DNA of 64,000 nt from an uncultured bacterium (lineage in GTDB: Bacteria > Verrucomicrobiota > Lentisphaeria > Victivallales > UBA1829): the NCBI GenBank assembly GCA_902778895.1, contig CACYZF010000003.1, positions 3,798 through 67,797 on the forward strand, in the 5' to 3' direction. The notes under the pieces are model-generated. The model was not told the origin of the DNA. It made no database searches and was given only the letters and a program-made list of their open reading frames with translations. Shown in pieces: positions 16,345 to 24,141 of the stretch. Numbering within the stretch: position 1 is the stretch's first letter; each line of letters begins with the position of its first letter. The position numbers and the translations under genes were made by a program.

Positions 16345-17274
16345 ATGACCTGGAAAAAGACAGTCGTCCGCAATGTTCTCTTCGCCGCGCTCGCCGCGGC
16401 GCTCGGGCTCTTCTGCACCGGGTGCTTCACCGCCATGACCCTGGACGAACTCGGCTCGACAAAGTCGTACATCGCCGGAGAGCGTTACGGGTTCTCCCCA
16501 AGCCGCGACGAGATCGTTTTTTTCTGCCGGAAGGAAAAAGAGTATTATTACATCCCGTTTCTTCATCCGTTCGGCGTGGCGCCGAAAAAGACGATCCAGT
16601 CTTATGAGAAGCAGATTCCGCTGAATCCCGTCCCGGACAACCTGATGCGCATTGAGTTGGAAGTGACCCCCGACGCATCCGCCGCGCGGGCGGATAAGTC
16701 GCCGTTCACCGGTGCGAGAGGCGGTTTCCGTGCATTGGACGGGATCATGACGTTTTCGATGCCGGCGGAACGCCTTCGCGGGGATGCCGGTTCTTCTCCC
16801 GCTCCGCCGCCGATCCTTGCCGCCGGGGACACGCTTCGCCTGCGGGTGCATCCCGATGATCTGCCTCTCCTGTCCGAGCCGTTCGTGATTTGTCTGCCCG
16901 TGCCGTTCGACCGGCTCATGAACGAGTTTTATCCCGAATACCGAACCGTTTCCGGTGAATCGGCGCAGCCGGAGCACGCTCATGACGCCCATGAACGAAA
17001 TGCCACGGTTCATCTCCTCATTTTCCCGTACGCACAGGACGGCGGCCATTATCAGGCGCTGATGGATGCGGATTTGGGGTTCCGCAATCTCCATCCGTTC
17101 TCACGCGAACTCGAAGCCGAGGTGAAACAGGATAACGAACATTCGATCGGCTTTTTCGGCTGGTGCTGGAAGATCTTCTGGGTCCCAACGGCGCTCGTCG
17201 TGGATGTCGCATTGATCCCCGTTTATCCGTTTTACCTGCTTTACCGGGTCTGTTCCGGCGAATCCGTCCTGTAG
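16345..17274 (+). CDS. lipoprotein, tandem paralog family member 3
   Basis: 309 aa. Lipobox FCTGC. Motifs YGFSPSRDEI, KQIPLNPVPDNLMRI, LRLRVHPDDLPLLSEPF. C-terminal VPTALVVDVALIPVYPF. Confidence 0.8.
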   Translation: MTWKKTVVRNVLFAALAAALGLFCTGCFTAMTLDELGSTKSYIAGERYGFSPSRDEIVFFCRKEKEYYYIPFLHPFGVAPKKTIQSYEKQIPLNPVPDNLMRIELEVTPDASAARADKSPFTGARGGFRALDGIMTFSMPAERLRGDAGSSPAPPPILAAGDTLRLRVHPDDLPLLSEPFVICLPVPFDRLMNEFYPEYRTVSGESAQPEHAHDAHERNATVHLLIFPYAQDGGHYQALMDADLGFRNLHPFSRELEAEVKQDNEHSIGFFGWCWKIFWVPTALVVDVALIPVYPFYLLYRVCSGESVL

Positions 17275-17292
17275 ATTATCCGAGGTGAACCT

Positions 17293-18249
17293 ATGCAGGA
17301 TAAGACGCTCATCCGCAATCTCCTCTTTGCCGTGCTGTGCATGGCGGTCGGTCTGTCCGCCACGGGGTGCATTTTTACGGACATCGAGAACGTCGGGACG
17401 ACCAACACGGAATTCAGCGAATACCGCTACGAAATGTCTCCCGACCGCGACGAAATCGTCCTCACGGCCACAAGGACGAAACAGTTCTTTTATCTGCCGC
17501 TTTACGATTTTCCGGCGTGGACATCCGTCAGGACCGTGGAGGAACGGATCCCGCTGGACCCCCTGCCGGAAAATCTTTCGCGATGCGGCATGATCGTGGA
17601 GGTCGACCCGGACGCGCCGCCCGCGAAGGCGGGGGAGCTCCGCCCTCTGCCGCCCGGATACTGGGATATGGACGAAGACGAGAGGAACGACCCGTCCAAG
17701 GTTCAATATGAATTCAAGGCATACGTCGACGAGCTCCCTTTGCAGGCCGGCGAAACATTCCGTCTCCGGGTCCGGCCCGATGATCTGAAACACTTGGACC
17801 AGCCGTTCCGCGTCAGCATCATTCGCAAAGGAGGGAGGCCGGATGTCCTTCCCCCGGACCTTGAGGCTTATCTCAAAAAGCGCCATCTTTCCGAAGACAA
17901 AGAATACATCGACTATCTGTATACCCGAGGGGAAGAGTACCTGATGTTTCCCTATGCCGTGAACGGCAGCCGCTACGAGCTCCTGAGCGACCTGAGGACG
18001 TTTTACGGGTGGGGGGAGCATGACACCCTGCCCTTCGGCAGGGAGTGGGACGAGGAGAGAGAAAACGAGTATTACCGTCCCCCGTGGATGGGATTCGGCG
18101 GCGGCGAACCGCGCGGGAAGCCTACAGCAGGCGCCATCTGTCTGAAAGTCGTTTGTTTTCCGCTGGCGCTTGTCGAGGACACGCTGCTTCTGCCGGTCTA
18201 TATCCCGCTCGGAGCCGTCATGCTGTTCAACTATGCTTTCGGCAACTGA
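17293..18249 (+). CDS. lipoprotein, tandem paralog family member 4
   Basis: 318 aa. RBS GAGGTG. Lipobox SATGC. Motifs YEMSPDRDEI, ERIPLDPLPENLSRC, FRLRVRPDDLKHLDQPF, MFPYAVNGSRYELL. C-terminal FPLALVEDTLLLPVYIP. Confidence 0.8.
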   Translation: MQDKTLIRNLLFAVLCMAVGLSATGCIFTDIENVGTTNTEFSEYRYEMSPDRDEIVLTATRTKQFFYLPLYDFPAWTSVRTVEERIPLDPLPENLSRCGMIVEVDPDAPPAKAGELRPLPPGYWDMDEDERNDPSKVQYEFKAYVDELPLQAGETFRLRVRPDDLKHLDQPFRVSIIRKGGRPDVLPPDLEAYLKKRHLSEDKEYIDYLYTRGEEYLMFPYAVNGSRYELLSDLRTFYGWGEHDTLPFGREWDEERENEYYRPPWMGFGGGEPRGKPTAGAICLKVVCFPLALVEDTLLLPVYIPLGAVMLFNYAFGN

Positions 18250-18276
18250 TCTATAAGCGGAAAGGGGCGAGCAGGC

Positions 18277-19242
18277 ATGTTTCCGATGATGCACAATATG
18301 CTTTTCAGGCGGTTCCTCCTGCCGTTCGCGTCCGTCTGCGTCCTGATGCTGTCTTGCACCGGGTGCGTGACCCGTTCGGTCATTGACGACCTCGGCACGA
18401 CCAATACGGAATTCACCGATTACATCTACATGATGTCCCCCGGCCGCGACGGGATCATCGTCCGGAGCAAGCGGACGATCAAGTACAACTGGCTGCCGTT
18501 CTACGGATCGTTTCATCGCACGCCCGCCTGGACTTCGGTTTCGAACTGGGAAGAGTTCATTCCGCTTTCCCCTCCGCCGGAAAACCTCTCGCGATGCAGT
18601 CTGATCGTGGAAACTGCGCCGGACGCGCCGGAGCCCGATTATCTGGCGCCCGTCTCCCGGTCGGAATTCGCCTACGCGATCCGGAAAGATTGCGAGTCCC
18701 TCTGCGCCGGCGGTCAGTACGAATTCGAGATCCAGACCGATGAACTCCCCCTTCGCGAAGGCGACACGCTCCGGCTCCGGGTGCAGCCCCGGCATCTGCC
18801 TTACCTGTCCCAGCCGTTCCGCATCCGGCTGGTCCGCCCGTTCGAGAAAGAGGACTGGTTCCCGCGGCACGCCCGGCGGGAGGTTGCGAACAACAGCGAA
18901 CAGTATTTCATGTTTCCGGTCGCCGCGGACGGCAGCCGCTACGAGCTCCTGACCGTGCTCCGGCCGTGGGACGAATGCCACAGCAGCGCCGGGTCTCGGG
19001 AGTGGATCGACAGCATTTACCCGTTCCGGGAAAGCCAGCGGGAGGAGATCATGCGGGAATACGGCGACAGACGTGACGCTTACGATGAACGTCCGCATAC
19101 CGACGGGAAACCATCTTTCGGGGCCATCTGCTGGAAAGCCCTGTGGTTCCCCTCGGCGCTCGTTGCGGATGTGGTATGTCTTCCGGTCTACGCGGGCGCA
19201 ATAGGTATGCTGGAATTAGTCCGCCTCCAACGAGGGTATTAG
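18277..19242 (+). CDS. lipoprotein, tandem paralog family member 5
   Basis: 321 aa. Lipobox SCTGC. Motifs YMMSPGRDGI, EFIPLSPPPENLSRC, LRLRVQPRHLPYLSQPF, MFPVAADGSRYELL. C-terminal FPSALVADVVCLPVYAG. Confidence 0.8.
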   Translation: MFPMMHNMLFRRFLLPFASVCVLMLSCTGCVTRSVIDDLGTTNTEFTDYIYMMSPGRDGIIVRSKRTIKYNWLPFYGSFHRTPAWTSVSNWEEFIPLSPPPENLSRCSLIVETAPDAPEPDYLAPVSRSEFAYAIRKDCESLCAGGQYEFEIQTDELPLREGDTLRLRVQPRHLPYLSQPFRIRLVRPFEKEDWFPRHARREVANNSEQYFMFPVAADGSRYELLTVLRPWDECHSSAGSREWIDSIYPFRESQREEIMREYGDRRDAYDERPHTDGKPSFGAICWKALWFPSALVADVVCLPVYAGAIGMLELVRLQRGY

Positions 19243-19263
19243 TTTAAGTAGGAGACAAATATC

Positions 19264-19677
19264 ATGAACATCCTGAACCGAATTAAGAGTTTTCATCCCG
19301 ACCCCGTCTGCAAAGCGGTGGTCCTCTTTGTCGTTCTGTTCGGCCTTGCGCTTGTGTTCGGCATTCTCCCGATCGAATACAACAGAAAAGAAGACGCCTC
19401 CATGTTCTGGGTAAACGTCTTCGACATCGCCTGGCTTTTGCTGTATCTTGCTTCCTGGATCCAGCTGATACGGGTTGAAAAAATCTTCAATCGGAACTAC
19501 CCGCACAAACCAGGGGGCCTCGGGGTGTCTTTCAGGTCGCAGCCGAAACCGGCGCATCCGGTCCGCGCGGTCCTCTCCGACATCACGCGGAGAACCCTGA
19601 TGGTGATTTTCACGACACTGGCGGTGATCCTTCTGTTTTCTTCCTGTGTCCTCTGGTGCGCCTCTGCTGTCGACTGA
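19264..19677 (+). CDS. small 3-TM membrane protein, hypothetical (last gene of the lipoprotein array transcription unit)
   Basis: 137 aa. RBS AGGAGA. Three hydrophobic helices. Visibly lower GC than flanking genes. Starts 21 nt after paralog 5. Confidence 0.55.
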   Translation: MNILNRIKSFHPDPVCKAVVLFVVLFGLALVFGILPIEYNRKEDASMFWVNVFDIAWLLLYLASWIQLIRVEKIFNRNYPHKPGGLGVSFRSQPKPAHPVRAVLSDITRRTLMVIFTTLAVILLFSSCVLWCASAVD

Positions 19678-19819
19678 GAACGAAAAGATGGGTGCTTTGC
19701 GTCAAAAACTCGGGAACCGATTTCTCCTCGGGAACACGGCGAAACAATATGATATTTCCGAATTATTTCGGTTTTAAGCAAAATTTTCTAAAAAAAAAGC
19801 GAAAAAAGAGGGAGGGGGG

Positions 19820-19848
19820 TTGACAAAAGGGAGAAAGGGCTGTATAGT
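19820..19848 (+). promoter_or_regulatory. sigma70-type promoter of the rpmJ-rpsM-rpsK-rpoA-rplQ operon
   Basis: TTGACA (19820-19825), 17 nt spacer, TATAGT (19843-19848). A ~140 nt structured leader follows, up to rpmJ. Confidence 0.6.
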
Positions 19849-19995
19849 ATTAGCTCTTGTGTGTTTCGCGGCAAATTGTGGTGATTGCCGTGCATTCCAA
19901 AAGCACAACCGCACGTATGACAGGCGAACCGGAGCATGATCCCCGGGGCGCACTGTCATGGAATCGAACGCTATACAAACTATCGGAGTACGAAA

Positions 19996-20112
19996 ATGAA
20001 AGTCACTTCGTCCATCAAGCGCAGATGTGAAAACTGCCAGATCATCAAGCGCAAAGGCGTGGTCCGCGTGGTCTGCTCCCGCAACCCCCGCCACAAACAG
20101 AAACAAGGTTAA
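19996..20112 (+). CDS. rpmJ: 50S ribosomal protein L36
   Basis: Not in the ORF track because it is short. Translates to [38 protein letters not shown] (38 aa), the canonical L36 zinc ribbon. Confidence 0.95.
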   Translation: MKVTSSIKRRCENCQIIKRKGVVRVVCSRNPRHKQKQG

Positions 20113-20130
20113 GCACGGAGACAACCCACC

Positions 20131-20574
20131 ATGCCCAGAATTTTAGGTGTAGACATCCCGATGAACAAGCGCGTGAAGTACGCGCTCCAGGCCATTTACG
20201 GCATCGGCCCCGCGATCGCGGAAGAGATCATCGTCAAGGCGAACATCGACCCGAACCTGAAGGCGAGCCAGCTTTCCGACGAAAACATCTCGGCCATTAC
20301 CACTCTGCTTCAGAACGACTACACGGTGGAAGGCGACCTCCGCCGTGAGATCATGATCAACGTCCGCCGCCTCCAGGCGATCGGATGCTATCGCGGCCTC
20401 CGCCACAAGAAAGGCCTGCCGACCCGCGGCCAGCGTACGCGCACCAACGCCCGTACCCGCAAAGGCAAACGCGTTACCGTCGGCGCCATCCGCGACAAAA
20501 CGCAGCGCCGCACCGCCGCCTCCGATAAGGCCGCGGCCGCCGAAGCCGCCGCAGGCAAAGCCGCCAAGAAGTGA
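20131..20574 (+). CDS. rpsM: 30S ribosomal protein S13
   Basis: MPRILGVDIPMNKRVKYALQAIYGIGP ... GLRHKKGLPTRGQRTRTNARTRKG, with an Ala/Lys-rich C-terminal extension. Confidence 0.95.
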   Translation: MPRILGVDIPMNKRVKYALQAIYGIGPAIAEEIIVKANIDPNLKASQLSDENISAITTLLQNDYTVEGDLRREIMINVRRLQAIGCYRGLRHKKGLPTRGQRTRTNARTRKGKRVTVGAIRDKTQRRTAASDKAAAAEAAAGKAAKK

Positions 20575-20622
20575 TCCGCGTGAGATCAGTAAACGAATCA
20601 ACGAAAAGGTCATCGATCTACT

Positions 20623-21081
20623 ATGTCTGACGAAATCAAAGAAACCGCAGCTGCGACTCAGGCTGCTGCCGAAGCCGAAGCTCCGGCCGCCGAGGCCGCC
20701 GCGGTCGACAACAAGCGCAAGAAAACCGGCCGTTACATCCCCAACGGCATCGCTTTCATCCATGCCACGTTCAACAACACGAAAGTGGCGTTCACGGACC
20801 TTCACGGCAACGTGATCGCGTGGTCCTCCTCCGGCAAGAACGGCTTCAAGGGCTCCCGCAAGAGTACCGCGTACGCCGCCCAGGTCGTCGCCGCCGACGC
20901 CGCCAAGAAGGCGCAGGCCTTCGGCATGAAGGACGTCGAAGTCCGCATCAAAGGACCGGGCGCCGGCCGTGAATCCGCCGTTCGAGGCATCGCCTCCACC
21001 GGTATGGAAGTCAGCTGCATCAAGGACATCACCCCGGTCCCGCACAACGGCTGCCGTCCCCCGAAGCGCCGCCGCAACTGA
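20623..21081 (+). CDS. rpsK: 30S ribosomal protein S11
   Basis: [42 protein letters not shown] ... [15 protein letters not shown], with an Ala/Glu-rich N-terminal extension. Confidence 0.95.
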   Translation: MSDEIKETAAATQAAAEAEAPAAEAAAVDNKRKKTGRYIPNGIAFIHATFNNTKVAFTDLHGNVIAWSSSGKNGFKGSRKSTAYAAQVVAADAAKKAQAFGMKDVEVRIKGPGAGRESAVRGIASTGMEVSCIKDITPVPHNGCRPPKRRRN

Positions 21082-21179
21082 CGGTTATTCCGTTATTCTG
21101 TCCGGGCCGGAATTCCGGCCGCCCAGTTTAACCCCGAACCGATAACCCAGTCAACATTACATACCGGAGGTACTTCAAT

Positions 21180-22208
21180 ATGGCTTCTGTACTCACATTC
21201 CCGATGCCGCATGGAATCGTCGTGGACGAAGAAACCGCTTCGAACACCTATGCCAAGTTCACCGCCGCTCCGTTCCAGAGCGGATTCGGTCACACCATCG
21301 GCAACGCCCTCCGCCGGGTGCTTCTCTCCTCCCTCGAGGGCGCGGCGATCTCCGCGGTCCGCTTCGACGGTACCACGCACGAGTTCTCCACGCTTCCGCA
21401 CGTGATCGAGGACGTCACCGAGATCATCCTCAACCTGAAGAAGGTCAAACTCAATCTGAACTCCGATCAGGTCAAGGTCCTCGAAATCCGCAAGAAGAAA
21501 GCCGGCCCGGTCACCGCCGCCGACATCATCACGGAAGGCACCGTCGAGGTCCTCAACCCCGACCAGCTCATCTGCACGCTTGACAAGGATTTCCCGTTCC
21601 ACTGCGAACTCGAGGTCTCCAAAGGCCGCGGCTGGCAGCCCGCCGAACGCAACAAACGCCCCGATCATCCGCTCGGGACCATCGCGATCGACTGCCTCTT
21701 CAGCCCGATCACCTATGTCCGTTACCAGGTCAGCGCCACGCGCGTCGGCGAAGAGACCGAAATGGACAGCCTCACCATCGAGATTCACACGGACGGCCGC
21801 GTGACCCCGAACGACGCCCTGGAAAAGGCCGCGAGGATCCTCAAGGACCATCTCCGCCCGTTCCTCGGCAGCCACGCCGCCGACTCCGACATCTACAACC
21901 CGATCTCCGAAGAGGATATGAAGCGCTTCAAGCTGCTCACCCAGGACGTCGACGTCCTCGAGCTCAGCGTCCGCGCCCAGAACTGCCTCAACAATGCGGA
22001 CATCAAGCTCCTCGGCGAACTCTGCCTCAAGACGGAATCCAAGATGCTCAAGTACCGCAACTTCGGCAAGAAATCCCTCGACGAGATCAAGGAAAAGCTT
22101 GCCACGTTGAACCTCTCCCTCGGAATGACTCTCTCCGAAGAACTCGAAACCGCCATTCTCGCCGAGGCCGAACGCGCCAAGGCCGTGAAGAACAAAGCGG
22201 GAGACTAA
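21180..22208 (+). CDS. rpoA: DNA-directed RNA polymerase alpha subunit
   Basis: 342 aa. GHTIGNALRRVLLSSLEGAAI N-terminal domain motif and a C-terminal domain with LELSVRAQNCLNNADIKLLGEL. Confidence 0.95.
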   Translation: MASVLTFPMPHGIVVDEETASNTYAKFTAAPFQSGFGHTIGNALRRVLLSSLEGAAISAVRFDGTTHEFSTLPHVIEDVTEIILNLKKVKLNLNSDQVKVLEIRKKKAGPVTAADIITEGTVEVLNPDQLICTLDKDFPFHCELEVSKGRGWQPAERNKRPDHPLGTIAIDCLFSPITYVRYQVSATRVGEETEMDSLTIEIHTDGRVTPNDALEKAARILKDHLRPFLGSHAADSDIYNPISEEDMKRFKLLTQDVDVLELSVRAQNCLNNADIKLLGELCLKTESKMLKYRNFGKKSLDEIKEKLATLNLSLGMTLSEELETAILAEAERAKAVKNKAGD

Positions 22209-22212
22209 TATC

Positions 22213-22674
22213 ATGCGTCACCTCGTACATACTGCCAAACTCAACCGCAACTGCGGCCACCGCAAGGCCATGCTTGTCAACCTCGCATGCAGCCTGATCG
22301 AACACGAATCCATCCAGACCACCACGATCCGCGCCAAGGAACTCCGCCGCTTCGTGGAACGTCTCATCACCTTGGCCAAGGCTGGCGGCGACCACAAGCG
22401 CCGTCTCGCTTACGCCAAGCTGAAAATCAACACCCCGTCCGAATTCGCCCAGACCAAGAAGCTCGTCCTCGCGAAGCTCTTCAACGAACTCGGACCGCGC
22501 TTCGCCGACCGTCAGGGCGGATACACCCGTATCATCCACATGCCGGCTCGCAGAGGCGACTCCGCTCCCATGTGCCTGATCCAGCTCCTCAACGAGCCCG
22601 TCAAGGCCAAAGCGAAGAAGGAAGAAGCCAAAGCCGAAGAGGCCCCCAAGGCCGAAGAAGCCAAGGCCGAGTGA
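22213..22674 (+). CDS. rplQ: 50S ribosomal protein L17
   Basis: MRHLVHTAKLNRNCGHRKAMLVNLACSLIEHESIQTT ... GGYTRI, with a K/A/E-rich tail. Confidence 0.95.
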   Translation: MRHLVHTAKLNRNCGHRKAMLVNLACSLIEHESIQTTTIRAKELRRFVERLITLAKAGGDHKRRLAYAKLKINTPSEFAQTKKLVLAKLFNELGPRFADRQGGYTRIIHMPARRGDSAPMCLIQLLNEPVKAKAKKEEAKAEEAPKAEEAKAE

Positions 22675-22750
22675 GTTTTCACTTGATCTGACCGGATGGG
22701 CGGTTCGCCGCCCGTCCAAATAAAGCCCTTCCTTTTAGGATTCGCACTCA

Positions 22751-22781
22751 AGCTCTCCCATTGTCGGGAGGGCTTTTTTTG
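22751..22781 (+). terminator. rho-independent terminator after rplQ
   Basis: Hairpin CTCCC-ATTGTC-GGGAG within AGCTCTCCCATTGTCGGGAGGGC, followed by TTTTTTT. Confidence 0.7.
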
Positions 22782-22815
22782 TGCCTTTACTGGAAGGGAA
22801 AATGAGAAATGAAGT

Positions 22816-23331
22816 TCAGCGGGGGGCGCGGCCGTCGAAGAGGATGATGAAGATCATCATAAGTCCCCAGGTGCCGAGGACGAGGATGTTCATGACCTTA
22901 AGCCAGATTTGTTTCTCGCTGCGGAGAAACAGGATCAGGGACACGAACGTCAGAAACATGAAGAGGGGCAGGTTCAGAAAGCCCGCCATGAGGAGGCCGA
23001 AACAGACCAGCATCCCGAACGACAAGCCGAGGACAATCCAGTTTTCGGCGAAGACGGCCTCGAAAAGGAAGTAAAGGAAGATATACTGCACCACGACGGG
23101 CATTTCCGCATGCATATCCACCACGGCGGACAGGATGAGAATCGCGAGGATGACCGCCGGGATCACGCGAAGCAGTTTCTTTCGGAGAGCGGCGCGGCGG
23201 CGCAATTCCTTCCGCTGCACCTCGTTCATGCCAGGCTCGAGTTCGCGGTCTTCCGTCAGGTCGTGCCCCGGGATGTACTCGGAAATATCCAGCTGGGACT
23301 CCGGCAGATTCTTCTCATCGCGTTCTGACAT
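22816..23331 (-). CDS. polytopic membrane protein, hypothetical (last gene of the TPP-riboswitch thi operon)
   Basis: 171 aa. Charged ~60 aa N-terminus, then about 4 TM helices. Starts 36 nt after the thiD stop on the same strand. Confidence 0.6.
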   Translation of the reverse strand: MSERDEKNLPESQLDISEYIPGHDLTEDRELEPGMNEVQRKELRRRAALRKKLLRVIPAVILAILILSAVVDMHAEMPVVVQYIFLYFLFEAVFAENWIVLGLSFGMLVCFGLLMAGFLNLPLFMFLTFVSLILFLRSEKQIWLKVMNILVLGTWGLMMIFIILFDGRAPR

Positions 23332-23367
23332 GGGCCTTTCCTTTCATTGCGGGGCGATTTCAGGGGG

Positions 23368-24141
23368 TCAACGGAAATCGACGGGGCTGTTGCCGTGTCC
23401 GAGCGAAAGCCCGCGTGCAAGCGCGTCGGAGAGGCGTTCCTTCGCGCGCCGGATGCTTTCGGGCATAGGCAGACCGGATGCCAGGCCGCACGCGATGGAA
23501 CTGGACAGCAGGCAGCCCGTGCCGTGGTTGCCGCACGGCGGCGCGATCCGCGTCGGAAGCCATACGCCCGGACCGTCCGCAGAGCGGAAGAAATCGTCGA
23601 ACGAACCGTCGGTACGGTGTCCGCCCTTCAGCAGGATCGCCGTACGGAAGCGCGCCGCAAGCTCGTCCGCGGCTGATTCGATGCCATCCCGCGTGGCGAG
23701 TTCCGCCGAGGCGCGCCCGAGGAGCTTCGCGGCTTCCGGCAGATTCGGCGTGAGGAGCGACACGCACGGTGCGAGGAGTTCGACGGCCTCGACAGTGCCG
23801 AGCGCGGCGCCGCTGGTGGACGCCAGTACGGGATCGAACACGACGTTCGTGATCTCGAACTCGCGCAGAAGTTCAGCCGTGACGCGGGCGTGGTCCGCGC
23901 CGGGCATCGCGCCGATCTTCACGGCGTCGGGGCGAATGTCCGACAGCACGGTGCGGAGCTGTTGCGCCAGAAACTCCGGTTCGAGCACAAGCACGCCGGT
24001 TACGCCCAGCGTATTCTGCACGGTGAGCGCGGTCGGCACGGCCATCCCGTAGAGACCGTGTGCAGAGATGGCGCGCAGGTCGGCCTGAATTCCGGCGCCG
24101 CCGCTCGGATCGGACGCCGCTATGGACAGCACGGTCTTCAT
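23368..24141 (-). CDS. thiD: hydroxymethylpyrimidine / phosphomethylpyrimidine kinase
   Basis: True start is MKTVLSIAASDPSGGAGIQADLRA at 24141 (ATGA overlap with the thiE stop). C-terminal GTGCLLSSSIACGLA motif. Confidence 0.9.
   Translation of the reverse strand: MKTVLSIAASDPSGGAGIQADLRAISAHGLYGMAVPTALTVQNTLGVTGVLVLEPEFLAQQLRTVLSDIRPDAVKIGAMPGADHARVTAELLREFEITNVVFDPVLASTSGAALGTVEAVELLAPCVSLLTPNLPEAAKLLGRASAELATRDGIESAADELAARFRTAILLKGGHRTDGSFDDFFRSADGPGVWLPTRIAPPCGNHGTGCLLSSSIACGLASGLPMPESIRRAKERLSDALARGLSLGHGNSPVDFR

Noticed and set aside
17101-19098. 665 aa minus-strand ORF
   Set aside because: Antisense to lipoprotein paralogs 4 and 5. The plus-strand genes are supported by RBSs, lipoboxes and mutual paralogy; the minus-strand ORF has none of these.
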